From assembly GCA_964479995.1 (NCBI GenBank), contig CAYZPF010000001.1, forward strand, positions 10,948 to 74,947: DNA of 64,000 nucleotides. Direction: 5' to 3'. Position numbers and translations under genes: made by a program. Below the pieces are notes generated by a model. The model was not told where the DNA came from, searched no databases, and saw only the letters and a program-made list of their open reading frames with translations. The stretch comes from an uncultured Muribaculaceae bacterium (GTDB lineage: Bacteria; Bacteroidota; Bacteroidia; Bacteroidales; UBA932). Shown piece by piece: positions 49,635-60,192 of the stretch (the stretch's first letter is position 1; the number at the start of each line of letters is the position of its first letter).

Positions 49635-51065
49635 TCAGAATAATCTGGTTTTTACCCTTTTCCTGAAGTTATGTTTTATTGGTTCCTCTACAATGACTTC
49701 AACGCTGTTTGGTATAAACAGGGTAATATTCTGGTAGGTTCCATCCCATTTACTCCTTTTCCCGAACGATTTGGATCTGATTGTAAGTAAAGAGTCCTGG
49801 AGGGTAAACTGAGAAAGATTCTCTTGCGCCTTGCTAATAGCCTCTGCATAAGAATAAGCATGTGCTTTGCTTTTTATCCTCACCAAAGAGGGCTCATTGT
49901 AACTCTGCCTTATAATGCGTACTGAAGGAAATACAACAATATCGGCCCCATCTGATTTTTCATCCATCCACATTAATGAGAAATCAGAGTACGAAGCATT
50001 CATTATCACACGTTTAATAGGAATAGGGTTATTATGTTCAAATCTTATAAAGATAGTATCATGATGCTTGCCTATAGGGTATTCCACACTCTCCTGAGTT
50101 TTAGTCCAAAATGGACGACTGGCTTTAGTTGCATTCACAGAAAAACCAATCAGAGAGAGAACCCATAAAAGCAGCATTACAATTCCCGGGCGGATGCGCG
50201 GTGTGCGAAGGTCGAACAGTAATTGAAGACCTACCCACAATATCCCTAACAATGGGAGTAAAAGCACGGCTAAAAATGTTATCTTCATAAAAAGTGTATT
50301 ATCTACGCCAAGCTCTACATAATCAATAAAATTCAAAGGCAAGATTCCTTTAAAAACTTCAATTCCCAGGAACACAAAGGTTAAAGCGGCAATGGATATC
50401 AAAGCAACAAACACGATTATACCAGATATTATTTTCCCGAAAATAATAAAAATGCTTTGTATTGAAGAGGCATTCTCTTTTCCGGCTCTTTTTATACTTT
50501 CATGAATATTAGATAGGTCCATTGCTTCGCCATACATAGAGCACCTTTGTTCAACTGTTTTTGCCTGAGGTATCAGCACCCACATTATGAGGTAGATAAT
50601 CAGAGCTACAACACCTCCGCCAAAGCTAAAAAAGCCGATAAAGAAGATGAAGAAAAGAATTCTTACCAAAGCAGTATCAAGCCCGGTGAATGCTGCAATA
50701 CCGGAACAAACCCCTCCCAGCACCTTGTTATCAGGGTCTCTGTAAAGTCTCTTAGGAATACTTCGTCTTCTTTTGTTAATACCAAGACTTCTTATATCTC
50801 CCTCTTCTTCAAAAATAGTCTCGGGTCTGCCCAGGATTGTTATTATCTCTTTGATAACTGAGGTTGAGACAACACTATCCGGACCACATTTTTCAATAAA
50901 GAGTTCGGCAACTCTCTCCTCTATTCCTTCGACTATTTCTGCTCCATCCTCTTTATCTCCATAATATTCGCTTAGTGAATCCAAGTAACCTTTTAAAAGG
51001 AGGTAACCCTCCTCTTCTAAAGTAAAGGCAAGTTTGCCGATACTTACTTTTATAACCTTTTTCAT
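49635..51065 (-). CDS. PspC-domain membrane protein (long form)
   Basis: LYRDPDNKVLGGVCSGIA, several TMs, C-terminal soluble domain. Confidence 0.9.
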   Translation of the reverse strand: MKKVIKVSIGKLAFTLEEEGYLLLKGYLDSLSEYYGDKEDGAEIVEGIEERVAELFIEKCGPDSVVSTSVIKEIITILGRPETIFEEEGDIRSLGINKRRRSIPKRLYRDPDNKVLGGVCSGIAAFTGLDTALVRILFFIFFIGFFSFGGGVVALIIYLIMWVLIPQAKTVEQRCSMYGEAMDLSNIHESIKRAGKENASSIQSIFIIFGKIISGIIVFVALISIAALTFVFLGIEVFKGILPLNFIDYVELGVDNTLFMKITFLAVLLLPLLGILWVGLQLLFDLRTPRIRPGIVMLLLWVLSLIGFSVNATKASRPFWTKTQESVEYPIGKHHDTIFIRFEHNNPIPIKRVIMNASYSDFSLMWMDEKSDGADIVVFPSVRIIRQSYNEPSLVRIKSKAHAYSYAEAISKAQENLSQFTLQDSLLTIRSKSFGKRSKWDGTYQNITLFIPNSVEVIVEEPIKHNFRKRVKTRLF

Positions 51066-51067
51066 TT

Positions 51068-51409
51068 TTACTGCTTTTTATGTCTTAATAATGCGATGGT
51101 CTCTACTATTTCTTTCCAGGCGGAATCCATTTCGGCAAGCAGCTCCTTGCCTTTATCGGTAATAGAATAGTACTTCCTGGGAGGTCCCTGTTGTGACTCC
51201 TCCCAGCGATAACTTAACAGCCCCTGGTTTTTCTGACGGGTCAAAAGCGGATAGAGTGTGCCCTCTACTACAATCATCTTAGCCTCCTTAAGTTCGACAA
51301 TCAGCGATGAGGCATATGCATCATTATTGCTCAGAATACTCAATATACAGTATTCCAATACACCTTTACGCATTTGTGATTTAATATTATCTGTGTTAAT
51401 TTCATTCAT
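51068..51409 (-). CDS. PadR family regulator
   Basis: QMRKGVLE, VEGTLYPLL, GPPRKYY. Confidence 0.95.
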   Translation of the reverse strand: MNEINTDNIKSQMRKGVLEYCILSILSNNDAYASSLIVELKEAKMIVVEGTLYPLLTRQKNQGLLSYRWEESQQGPPRKYYSITDKGKELLAEMDSAWKEIVETIALLRHKKQ

Positions 51410-51417
51410 GGCTCTGT

Positions 51418-51984
51418 TTATTTGGAATAAGTCGAAAATCTTCTGAGATTCTCTGCCGTTACCGGTAAGCCTCTCATTTCACATTTTTGAGTTGCGCTTT
51501 TAGCCAACGGAACTATGATCCATATAATGATATACGTCCAGAATCCCATACCACCCATAATAAGTGTCACTACAAACAATACTCTTAGAAGTACTACATC
51601 AATGTTAAAATAATGAGCCAGTCCGCTGCAAACTCCTCCGATCCTTTTATCATCCGGATCACGATAGAATCTGCGAACAGGCTGACGTACCTGATACTCC
51701 TCCTCTGCACTGAAATCATCTTCTGCAGAGCTACCGTCCGGCATGCCAAGTTGTGCAATTACTCTGTTAACCATTGATAAATTAATGACCTCTATGTGAG
51801 ATTTCATCTCCTCGGTGAAGAGTTCTGCAATCCTTTGCTCCAGGTCTTCCATAACATCGGATGAAGAGTGTCCCATTTTGGTTCTCTCTCTAAATTTTGA
51901 GAGATAGAGACTTAATTTTTGATAGGCATCTTCATCAATCACAAAAGATTTTCTGCCTATAGCTACTGTAACAACTTTTTTCAT
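51418..51984 (-). CDS. PspC-domain protein (short form)
   Basis: FYRDPDDKRIGGVCSGLAHYF; ATG at 51984 (TTG at 51990 also possible). Confidence 0.9.
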   Translation of the reverse strand: MKKVVTVAIGRKSFVIDEDAYQKLSLYLSKFRERTKMGHSSSDVMEDLEQRIAELFTEEMKSHIEVINLSMVNRVIAQLGMPDGSSAEDDFSAEEEYQVRQPVRRFYRDPDDKRIGGVCSGLAHYFNIDVVLLRVLFVVTLIMGGMGFWTYIIIWIIVPLAKSATQKCEMRGLPVTAENLRRFSTYSK

Positions 51985-52022
51985 TGTCAAGATTATTTAA
52001 TACAACATAGAATTTGGTACTG

Positions 52023-52063
52023 CAAATATATATATATTTATTATTACTGTGCAATACATAGTA
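52023..52063 (-). promoter_or_regulatory. pspC-padR promoter with palindromic candidate PadR operator
   Basis: TATATTTG (52023-52030); TACTGTG-N5-CATAGTA (52045-52063, one mismatch). Confidence 0.55.
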
Positions 52064-52076
52064 CTAAATATTCAAT

Positions 52077-52106
52077 AAAAAAAGCCCGTTATCTCCATAA
52101 CGGGCT
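52077..52106 (-). terminator. Rho-independent terminator after secG
   Basis: AGCCCGTTAT-GGAG-ATAACGGGCT followed by a T run on -. Confidence 0.88.
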
Positions 52107-52134
52107 CATTTATAAGCTAAAAATTTATTCTCTT

Positions 52135-52485
52135 TTATTCTTGGGGCTCACCTTGCGGCTGTGTATTATCAGAAGCAGGAAGAGCAGGGAATTCCGGTTT
52201 CCCCTGAACAGGCAAAGTATTCTCGATTCTCTCCTGTATAAGATTTTTCTTCTTAGTGTTACCAGTAGATACAAAGGCAGTAGCTAAAACACATAGTACG
52301 ATAATTGATATCGAGAGTGTCCATGTAGCTTTTTCAAGAAAATCAGCAGTCTGGCGTACTCCAAATGTTTGATTTCCGGAGGCAAAATTTGCAGCCAGCC
52401 CACCACCCTTTGAATTCTGCACCAATACTACTATAGTTAACAATATGCTGGCAATAACAATAATAACTGCGATAACTGTATACAT
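52135..52485 (-). CDS. secG: Preprotein translocase subunit SecG
   Basis: VLVQNSKGGGL, FLEKATW. Confidence 0.95.
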   Translation of the reverse strand: MYTVIAVIIVIASILLTIVVLVQNSKGGGLAANFASGNQTFGVRQTADFLEKATWTLSISIIVLCVLATAFVSTGNTKKKNLIQERIENTLPVQGKPEFPALPASDNTQPQGEPQE

Positions 52486-52502
52486 CTTACTTAATATATG
52501 AA

Positions 52503-53099
52503 TTACATTTTACTCCTAATATCTTTTACAAGGGTCGCAAAGTAAGCACTTTTTTCCGGAAATAACAAAATTAATTTCGCATAGATATCTAAAGCTCTTT
52601 TATAATGACCTTGTTCTGCATATATGGATGCCAAAGTTTCCGTAAAGAAAGTTGCATCTTCAAAACTGTCATCTATAATTATCTCCTCTTCCGGAATAGT
52701 TTTTGGCGTTCTGCCACTAATTGCTGTTCTTAAAAGTGATGGCTTTTCTGCAATAAAACTGTCCAGGGGTTTAGAAGTATCCAGTTCTATTCTTTCAAAA
52801 TCCTTTGACGAGTAGTAGTCTCCGCCAGCTAAAATAAATCCTGCATCCTGAGCAGGTATAACAAAAGGGGCATCCTTAATCTCTTCAACTTCACAGGTAT
52901 TATGTGGTTCATCCCGTTTCATGTAAATTCTGTACAACCTCTCACGGGACCAAACATACGAAGCAGCCTTTCCAAGGAATGACTCACTCATCTCTTTATC
53001 GACCGAGCACATAGAACGATAGAGCTCTAAGTATCCTGTGGAGAACCATGGGTACTGGGCTATGTAATCCTCTAAAAGCGTTATGTCGTCAATTCTCAT
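52503..53099 (-). CDS. Conserved hypothetical protein with a C-terminal TPR-like motif
   Basis: YPWF, FTETLASIYAEQGHY, PEKSAYFA; ATG at 53099 follows the lptE stop. Confidence 0.8.
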   Translation of the reverse strand: MRIDDITLLEDYIAQYPWFSTGYLELYRSMCSVDKEMSESFLGKAASYVWSRERLYRIYMKRDEPHNTCEVEEIKDAPFVIPAQDAGFILAGGDYYSSKDFERIELDTSKPLDSFIAEKPSLLRTAISGRTPKTIPEEEIIIDDSFEDATFFTETLASIYAEQGHYKRALDIYAKLILLFPEKSAYFATLVKDIRSKM

Positions 53100-53100
53100 T

Positions 53101-53598
53101 TTACCAGTTAGCAACCGTTGCGTTAAATATATCCTCTGTAAGTTTGTCAACTATACTCTCTACGAGCCTTCCCTCAACCGCATCCAGAGAGGTAGTTGAT
53201 GGGAAATCCTCAAAAGCTACAAAGCTCTTCTCGAAATTTTCTTTAGGGTATTTCGTATTGGTAAATGTAACTTTAACAGTAACTGTCAATCTGTTTTGCG
53301 CTGCCACCTCCTGTGCCGTAACTGCAATTGAAGTGGTTTCATAGCCGGTAATTTGTCCGTCAACTATCAGATCTCCCTTATCGCCTTCAATCTTAAGTTT
53401 TGTCATTCTTTTGTACTTATCCTTCAAAGTTTCTGTGAGCTCATTACTCAATGACGGATTAATTCTTATGGCCCTGTTTTCGAAATTAAATACAGTGATT
53501 GAACTCACATCAGGAGCTATTGATGTTCCCGAAAAGGAGTAAATTCCGCAAGCTGTGACAAAGGCGGCAATAAGGAAGAGTATTATTGATCTTTTCAT
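53101..53598 (-). CDS. lptE: LptE-family lipoprotein
   Basis: TACGIYSFSGTSI, NRLTVTVKV, IFNATVANW. Confidence 0.85.
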   Translation of the reverse strand: MKRSIILFLIAAFVTACGIYSFSGTSIAPDVSSITVFNFENRAIRINPSLSNELTETLKDKYKRMTKLKIEGDKGDLIVDGQITGYETTSIAVTAQEVAAQNRLTVTVKVTFTNTKYPKENFEKSFVAFEDFPSTTSLDAVEGRLVESIVDKLTEDIFNATVANW

Positions 53599-54782
53599 AA
53601 ATCCAGACTAAGTTCCTTAATTTTCCTGTATAATGTTCTCTCCGAAATACCAAGTTCTTTGGCAGCAAGTTTTCTTTTACCGCTATTCCTTTCCAGCGCT
53701 TTTTTTATTAGCTCTGCATTCATCTCCTGAATAGAGAGCGATCCCTCCTGGGACGTAGCATCTGTAATATCTTCATCTTCATAGCTATCTTCATAGTCCA
53801 GCACAGAGGTCTCCTCAATGGAATCTGCAAGTTCCCGGTTGGATGAAAGGATTGACGTTGCTGTTGTTTGTTCCTTACCTATCTTGTATTTTAACTCCTC
53901 TACCTCTTGTCTTAATTGATAAAGAATCTTAAAGATAATGTCCCTATCCGACAGATAGTCCGGCCCATGGCCATCTGTTCTCATCGGAAGCGTATTTGGT
54001 GCGTCTTGCGGAAGATATTTTTTTAATATTTCCGTACTTATTGTACGGTTATGTTCAATTATTGATATCTGTTCGGCGATACTCTTTAACTGCCTGACAT
54101 TTCCGGGCCATCTGTAGGACTCCAAAGCATTTACAGCTTCGGGAGTGAGGCGGATTGGAGGCATCTTGTACTTATCTGCAAAATCCAGAGCAAATTTTTT
54201 GAACAAAAGGTGAATATCCTCTTTTCTGCTTCTTAAAGAGGGTACTGTAATGGGAACGGTATTTAACCTGTAATATAAATCTTCCCTAAATTTTCCCAAT
54301 TCAATCGCTCTCGTCAAATTCACATTTGTTGCGGCAATTACTCTTACATCGGTTTTCTGCACCTTTGAGGAGCCTACTTTAATAAATTCACCTGATTGTA
54401 TAACCCTTAGAAGCCTCACCTGTGTCGAGAGAGGAAGCTCTGCAACCTCATCCAAAAAAATTGTACCTCCGTCAACAACCTCAAAATAGCCTTTTCTGGT
54501 TTCAAAAGCTCCTGTAAATGAACCTTTTTCATGTCCAAAAAGTTCGGAGTCTATGGTACCCTCAGGTATAGCGCCACAATTTACTGCTATATATTGATTA
54601 TGCTTTCTGGGACTGTTAATGTGAATAATCTGGGGAATAACCTCCTTGCCTACACCGCTCTCGCCGGTAATGAGAACAGAGAGATCGGTTGGCGCCACCT
54701 GGATAGCAATCTCAAGCGCTCTGTTAAGCGCCGGATTATCTCCCACTATATCGAATCTTAATTTGGTAGCTCTTAAATCCAT
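53595..54782 (-). CDS. Sigma-54-interacting AAA+ Fis-family regulator without a sensor domain
   Basis: GESGVGKE, ELFGHEKGSFTGA, FLDE, FREDLYYRL, WPGNVRQL, C-terminal HTH. Confidence 0.93.
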   Translation of the reverse strand: MDLRATKLRFDIVGDNPALNRALEIAIQVAPTDLSVLITGESGVGKEVIPQIIHINSPRKHNQYIAVNCGAIPEGTIDSELFGHEKGSFTGAFETRKGYFEVVDGGTIFLDEVAELPLSTQVRLLRVIQSGEFIKVGSSKVQKTDVRVIAATNVNLTRAIELGKFREDLYYRLNTVPITVPSLRSRKEDIHLLFKKFALDFADKYKMPPIRLTPEAVNALESYRWPGNVRQLKSIAEQISIIEHNRTISTEILKKYLPQDAPNTLPMRTDGHGPDYLSDRDIIFKILYQLRQEVEELKYKIGKEQTTATSILSSNRELADSIEETSVLDYEDSYEDEDITDATSQEGSLSIQEMNAELIKKALERNSGKRKLAAKELGISERTLYRKIKELSLDL

Positions 54783-54834
54783 ATCTTACAAAAGTAGATA
54801 AATTTTATACCTTTGAGAAATTTTATGAGGTAAA

Positions 54835-55584
54835 ATGAAATATTTAGCAATCATCCCGGCCAGGTATGGTTCGACCAGATTCCCGGGTAAACCTCTTGCA
54901 GATATAGGGGGAAAGACAATGATCCGGAGAGTCTTTGAGCAATCTGCCAAAGTATTTGATAATCTATTCGTCGCTACGGATGATACAAGGATCTTCAATT
55001 CGGTCATAGAGTTTGGAGGAGATGCAGTTATGACATCTGAGAGTCACCCTAACGGAACCGGCAGGGCGTTGGAAGCGATGTATGCAATTGAAAGACTTAA
55101 AGGAGAGAGATGCTCTTTTATAATCAATATCCAGGGTGATGAGCCATTTGTCAAACCGGAGCAACTGAAAGAGCTTATCACGGCGTTCAATGACTCCGAT
55201 ACTGAGATTGCTACACTGGTAAAAAAAATTGAACTATCAGAAGAGATTTTTAATCCGAATATTCCGAAAGTGGTGTTTGATAAAACAGGTAATGCGCTTT
55301 ATTTCAGCCGTTCTCCAATTCCATACGTAAGAGATAGCGATAAAGAGAGCTGGATCAATAAGAGTGTTTTTTACAAGCATGTGGGTTTATATGGGTACAG
55401 GAGAGATATTCTTGAAAGAATAGTTAACCTGAACAAAGGTACTTTTGAAGAGGCGGAGAGCCTTGAACAATTAAGATGGTTGGAATTTGGTTTTAAAATA
55501 AAGGTGACAGAGACTACGTATGGCAGTTATTCTATAGATACTCCCGCAGATATTGAAAATCTTAGGTTAAAAGGGATTATTTAA
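54835..55584 (+). CDS. kdsB: 3-deoxy-manno-octulosonate cytidylyltransferase
   Basis: IPARYGSTRFPGKPL, NIQGDEP, ESLEQLRWL. Confidence 0.97.
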   Translation: MKYLAIIPARYGSTRFPGKPLADIGGKTMIRRVFEQSAKVFDNLFVATDDTRIFNSVIEFGGDAVMTSESHPNGTGRALEAMYAIERLKGERCSFIINIQGDEPFVKPEQLKELITAFNDSDTEIATLVKKIELSEEIFNPNIPKVVFDKTGNALYFSRSPIPYVRDSDKESWINKSVFYKHVGLYGYRRDILERIVNLNKGTFEEAESLEQLRWLEFGFKIKVTETTYGSYSIDTPADIENLRLKGII

Positions 55585-55702
55585 TGGTAGATATATTGAA
55601 TATTTTATTTAATTTTGTAATTGCTCCTTTTATAAGCAGGTAAGAAAGCAATACCCTACCTTATGTGACAACTGAAAATATAACAATCAAATACGTCGTA
55701 GA

Positions 55703-57355
55703 ATGAAAAAGAATCTATTAAAATCTCTATCCGTTGTGATTCTGGGAGTCTCAATTGTCTCCTGTAGCAATCCTTCAAAAATGGCCAAAAATGCAGATTT
55801 GGTGTCGGTTGAATGCACACCTCAAGTTCTGGAAGTTGTGGCTGACCAAATCACAGCAACCTACACTATGAATTTTCCTAATAACTATTTTCATTCAAGA
55901 GCTATTCTTGAAGTAGTTCCCGTTCTTGTCTATCAAGGCGGAGAGGTAGCTGCTCCAATTCAAAAACTGCAGGGAGAGAAGGTCACAGATAACTACCGTT
56001 CAATTTTTAAAATGGGTGGGAAAGTTCCAAATACAGTAAAATTCAATTATAAACCGGGAATGGAAAAATCACATCTGGAGTTAAGGGTCGCTGTATGGAG
56101 CGGTGCAAAAAGATTTGACTTTCCTTCACCTTATAAGCTGGCTGACGGGGCAAACACAACTTACAAACTGGTAGAAACCGAAGGTGTACCTACCATTGCA
56201 TCAAATGATTACAAAAAAATATTGAATGAGAAGAAGGAGGCTCAGATACTCTACACAATAAACAGCCATGTGGTTCGTCCTAAAGAACTTACAAAAGAGG
56301 AGATAAAGGAATTTGAGCGCTTTATTGCAAACATCGAAAAAGATGAGAGGAGAAACGTTACAAGTACAAATATTGTTGCTTATGCTTCACCCGACGGTCC
56401 GTTATCTCTAAATACCAAACTTTCCGGAAAACGCGGAGAGACAGCTAAAACCGCTTTTGATAAGATAACAAAGAAACTTCCTGCCGGCACCCCGGTAAAT
56501 ATTGAAACTATAGCAGAAGACTGGGAAGGCTTCCAGGAGTTGGTGGCTGCATCAACTATCCAGGATAAGGAGCTTATCCTTAGAGTCCTCTCAATGTATA
56601 GCGATCCGATGATTCGCGAAAGAGAGATAAGGAACATGTCAATGGTTTTTAAAACCCTTGCAGATAAGATCCTTCCTGAACTCAGAAGAGCAAGAGTAAT
56701 AGCAAATATTGATTACACCAATTATACAGATGAAGAGCTTAAAGAGCTGGCTAAAACAAATATTGAGATTATGGATCTTGAGGCTCTGTTATATACCGGC
56801 ACCCTTTTCAAAGATTATGACACACAAGCTGCGCTTTACAGAAAAGCGGGTGATAAATTTAAAAATGACAGAGGGTATATAAACCTGGCTGCTGCTGCTC
56901 TTAAAAACAACAGAGAGCCCGAAGCTAAGGCTGCCCTGGCAAAAGTTTCAAATAAGAGTACTCCGGAATATTTAAACAATGCCGGTCTTTTAGCTCTGCG
57001 CGAAGGTGACTATACTGCTGCAGCTCAAATGCTTTCACAATCATCTTCTCCGGAAGCTAAAAGGAATATCGCAATTGTGGATATCCTCAATGGAAGGTAT
57101 AGTGAAGCGGCAAATAAGCTTGCAGGAACCAAAGATGAGAATGAAGGTTTAGCTTATATTCTTACTAACCAATTAGATAAGGCTGAGACCGCTATCACCT
57201 GTAAGTGCCCGCACGCTTATTATCTAAGGGCTATTATTGCTGCCCGTCAAGGTAAATTTACAGATGTTGTAAAATATCTTGAGGAGGTTTATAAAGATGA
57301 TGCTCTTAAAGCCCGTTCACAAACTGATATCGAATTTGCAAAATTCAGAGAGTAA
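55703..57355 (+). CDS. Lipoprotein with an OmpA-like domain and TPR repeats
   Basis: Lipobox VSC, YASPDGPLSLNTKLSGKR, EDWEGF, LPELRRA, C-terminal TPRs. Confidence 0.82.
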   Translation: MKKNLLKSLSVVILGVSIVSCSNPSKMAKNADLVSVECTPQVLEVVADQITATYTMNFPNNYFHSRAILEVVPVLVYQGGEVAAPIQKLQGEKVTDNYRSIFKMGGKVPNTVKFNYKPGMEKSHLELRVAVWSGAKRFDFPSPYKLADGANTTYKLVETEGVPTIASNDYKKILNEKKEAQILYTINSHVVRPKELTKEEIKEFERFIANIEKDERRNVTSTNIVAYASPDGPLSLNTKLSGKRGETAKTAFDKITKKLPAGTPVNIETIAEDWEGFQELVAASTIQDKELILRVLSMYSDPMIREREIRNMSMVFKTLADKILPELRRARVIANIDYTNYTDEELKELAKTNIEIMDLEALLYTGTLFKDYDTQAALYRKAGDKFKNDRGYINLAAAALKNNREPEAKAALAKVSNKSTPEYLNNAGLLALREGDYTAAAQMLSQSSSPEAKRNIAIVDILNGRYSEAANKLAGTKDENEGLAYILTNQLDKAETAITCKCPHAYYLRAIIAARQGKFTDVVKYLEEVYKDDALKARSQTDIEFAKFRE

Positions 57356-57374
57356 TCTGCAGTAATTTTATGAT

Positions 57375-57406
57375 AAAAGAGCCGGGTATTATCTCCCGGC
57401 TTTTTT
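57375..57406. terminator. Bidirectional terminator between convergent genes
   Basis: AAAAG-AGCCGGG-N8-CCCGGCT-TTTTT. Confidence 0.85.
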
Positions 57407-57415
57407 ATTTATAGG

Positions 57416-59203
57416 CTAATCCAATTTCAAGACGGCTAAAAATGCACTCTGAGGTACCTCTACATTCCCCACTTGGCGCATTCGCTTCTTCCCCTTTTTC
57501 TGTTTCTCCAGAAGTTTGCGCTTCCGGGAGATGTCTCCGCCATAACATTTTGCCGTTACATCTTTACGTACCGCCTTTACCGTCTCACGGGCGATGATTT
57601 TTGAACCTATCGCTGCTTGAATTGCTATATCAAATTGCTGTCGAGGTATAAGCTCTTTAAGTTTTTCGCACATCTTTCGCCCGAAATCGTAGGCATGGTC
57701 TCTATGAATAAGACAAGAAAGGGCATCAACCTGTTCTGAATTAAGTAGAATATCCAATTTCACAAGATTTGCCTCTTTATAGCCTGTCAAATGATAGTCA
57801 AATGAGGCATATCCTCTCGAGATTGATTTTAACTTATCGTAAAAGTCGAAGACAATCTCGGCAAGAGGCATGTCAAAATTGAGCTCTACTCTGTCGCTTG
57901 TCAAGAAGTTTTGGCTTGTCAAAATGGCCCTCTTATCCAGACAAAGTTTCATTATTACCCCAAAGTATTCCGACCTGGAAATAACCTGTGCCCTTATATA
58001 TGGTTCCTCTATATAATCAATGAGTGTCGGGGCCGGCAAACCGGAAGGATTATGCACATCCAATGTCTCTTTCTGAGTGGTATGTACTTTATATGAGACG
58101 TTTGGAACAGTAGTTATAACATCCATATCAAACTCTCTGTAGAGGCGCTCCTGAACAATCTCCATATGAAGTAATCCAAGAAATCCGCATCTAAAGCCAA
58201 AGCCTAATGCCAAAGAGGACTCAGGCTCAAATACCAGAGAGGCGTCATTTAACTGAAGTTTTTCCAGAGAACTCCTCAAGTCCTCATAGTCATCTGCCTC
58301 AACAGGATAGACTCCTGCAAAGACCATCGGTTTAACCTCTTCAAAACCTGCAATTGAACTGCTGCAAGGCCTTTCTCTGTGAGTAATAGTATCTCCCACT
58401 TTAACCTCGCTGGCAGTCTTAATGCCAGAAATAATATAACCCACATCTCCTGCTCCTACCTCACCGGTAGATACCATCTTTAACTTGAGTTTGCCTACCT
58501 CATCGGCCTCATACTCTTTTCCGGTATGAAAAAATTTAACTTTATCTCCTTTTTTTATTACACCGTTGAACACCTTGAAATAAGCTATTATCCCTCTGAA
58601 AGGATTGAAAACAGAGTCAAAAATAAGAGCTTGCAACGGCTCATTTATATCTCCCCTTGGACCCGGGACACGTTCAACAATTGCTTCAAGAATTCCCGGA
58701 ACACCTACACCTGTTTTACCGCTTGCCAATAAAATTTCTTCATCCTTACAGCCTAACAGTTCAATAATTTGATCCTTAACAGAATCTATCATTGCTGCGT
58801 CCATATCTATCTTATTGACAATGGGTATTATCTCCAGATCATGATTTATTGCCAGATAAAGATTAGATATGGTTTGTGCCTGAATGCCTTGTGTGGCATC
58901 TACAACCAGGAGGGCTCCTTCACATGAAGCGATTGCCCGCGATACTTCATAAGAGAAATCTACGTGACCGGGCGTATCAATCAGATTAAAGACATACTTC
59001 TCTCCTTTGTACTCATAATCCATCTGAATTGCATGACTTTTGATGGTAATCCCTTTCTCTCTCTCCAAATCCATAGAGTCTAGCACCTGGCTGTCCATCT
59101 CTCTCTCATGTACAGTCTTTGTTACTTCAAGTAACCTGTCTGCCAGAGTGCTCTTCCCATGATCTATGTGGGCTATTATACAAAAGTTTCTAATATGGTT
59201 CAT
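57416..59203 (-). CDS. lepA: Elongation factor 4
   Basis: [43 protein letters not shown]. Confidence 0.99.
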   Translation of the reverse strand: MNHIRNFCIIAHIDHGKSTLADRLLEVTKTVHEREMDSQVLDSMDLEREKGITIKSHAIQMDYEYKGEKYVFNLIDTPGHVDFSYEVSRAIASCEGALLVVDATQGIQAQTISNLYLAINHDLEIIPIVNKIDMDAAMIDSVKDQIIELLGCKDEEILLASGKTGVGVPGILEAIVERVPGPRGDINEPLQALIFDSVFNPFRGIIAYFKVFNGVIKKGDKVKFFHTGKEYEADEVGKLKLKMVSTGEVGAGDVGYIISGIKTASEVKVGDTITHRERPCSSSIAGFEEVKPMVFAGVYPVEADDYEDLRSSLEKLQLNDASLVFEPESSLALGFGFRCGFLGLLHMEIVQERLYREFDMDVITTVPNVSYKVHTTQKETLDVHNPSGLPAPTLIDYIEEPYIRAQVISRSEYFGVIMKLCLDKRAILTSQNFLTSDRVELNFDMPLAEIVFDFYDKLKSISRGYASFDYHLTGYKEANLVKLDILLNSEQVDALSCLIHRDHAYDFGRKMCEKLKELIPRQQFDIAIQAAIGSKIIARETVKAVRKDVTAKCYGGDISRKRKLLEKQKKGKKRMRQVGNVEVPQSAFLAVLKLD

Positions 59204-59231
59204 TCTTCAATTCGGAGATTAATAACGGCTG

Positions 59232-59277
59232 CAAATATAAAAATAATTCTAAAATTATAAGTTTGATGCTATCTTTG
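59232..59277. promoter_or_regulatory. Divergent -7 boxes for lepA and transketolase
   Basis: TATATTTG on - (59232-59239); TATCTTTG on + (59270-59277). Confidence 0.65.
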
Positions 59278-59308
59278 CTGCAATTGTTGTTAATCATAAA
59301 GAACTATA

Positions 59309-60154
59309 ATGAAGCAAATTGAAGAATTACAGGAGATTGCATCTCAGGTAAGAAGAGATATTATCCGTATGGTTAATATGGCCGGTTCAGGACACCCCGG
59401 CGGCTCTTTAGGTAGTGCGGATATTCTTACTTCACTCTTTTTTAGTGAGATGAATCATGATCCCAAAAATTGGAACAGAGATGGTGTTAATAAGGATATT
59501 TTCTTTCTCTCGGCAGGACATCTCTCACCGCTTTTTTACAGCGTTTTGGCACGCTCCGGATACTTCCCGGTTGAGGAGTTAGGTACATTCAGGAAACTGG
59601 GGTCACGGCTACAAGGCCACCCTTCAACAGATATGGGACTTCCCGGCGTTCATGTAGCCTCCGGTTCTCTCGGACAAGGTCTTTCAATTGCTTGTGGAGC
59701 AACTGTTTCTAAAAGGATGTCGGGAGATAAGAACTTTGTTTATGTTCTTATAGGTGACGGAGAGAGTGAAGAGGGGCAGATTTGGGAAGCGGCACTTTTT
59801 GCTGCACAACATAAACTTGACAGATTGATAGCGATTACCGATTGGAACGGACAGCAGATTGACGGACCGGTTCATACCATCCTGGATCTTGGTGATTTAG
59901 AGGCAAAATGGAGATCATTCGGCTGGGACTGTAAAGTCGCGGACGGAAACTCAATTAAGGAGATTCTCAGTTCAATCAAATGGGCTAAGAGCAAAGAGGG
60001 AAATGGAAAGCCAAAGATGTTATTAATGCGTACAGATATGGGTAAAGGTGTAGATTTCATGCAGGGCACACACCACTGGCACGGCAAGGCTCCAAACTCA
60101 CAAGAGACAGAGATAGCTTTAGGCCAGCTTAAAGAGTCTCTCGGCGACTTCTAG
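59309..60154 (+). CDS. Transketolase, N-terminal (TPP-binding) subunit
   Basis: [32 protein letters not shown]. Confidence 0.95.
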   Translation: MKQIEELQEIASQVRRDIIRMVNMAGSGHPGGSLGSADILTSLFFSEMNHDPKNWNRDGVNKDIFFLSAGHLSPLFYSVLARSGYFPVEELGTFRKLGSRLQGHPSTDMGLPGVHVASGSLGQGLSIACGATVSKRMSGDKNFVYVLIGDGESEEGQIWEAALFAAQHKLDRLIAITDWNGQQIDGPVHTILDLGDLEAKWRSFGWDCKVADGNSIKEILSSIKWAKSKEGNGKPKMLLMRTDMGKGVDFMQGTHHWHGKAPNSQETEIALGQLKESLGDF

Positions 60155-60192
60155 GAATATTATTTATTCAATTTCACAAACCTCTAATCATA

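Noticed and set aside
52026..52037. (AT)6 tract in the pspC promoter as a phase-variation switch
   Set aside because: Too short and expected by chance in AT-rich intergenic DNA.
55620..55670. Structured RNA leader upstream of the OmpA/TPR lipoprotein
   Set aside because: Only short, weak pairings and no recognisable riboswitch motif.
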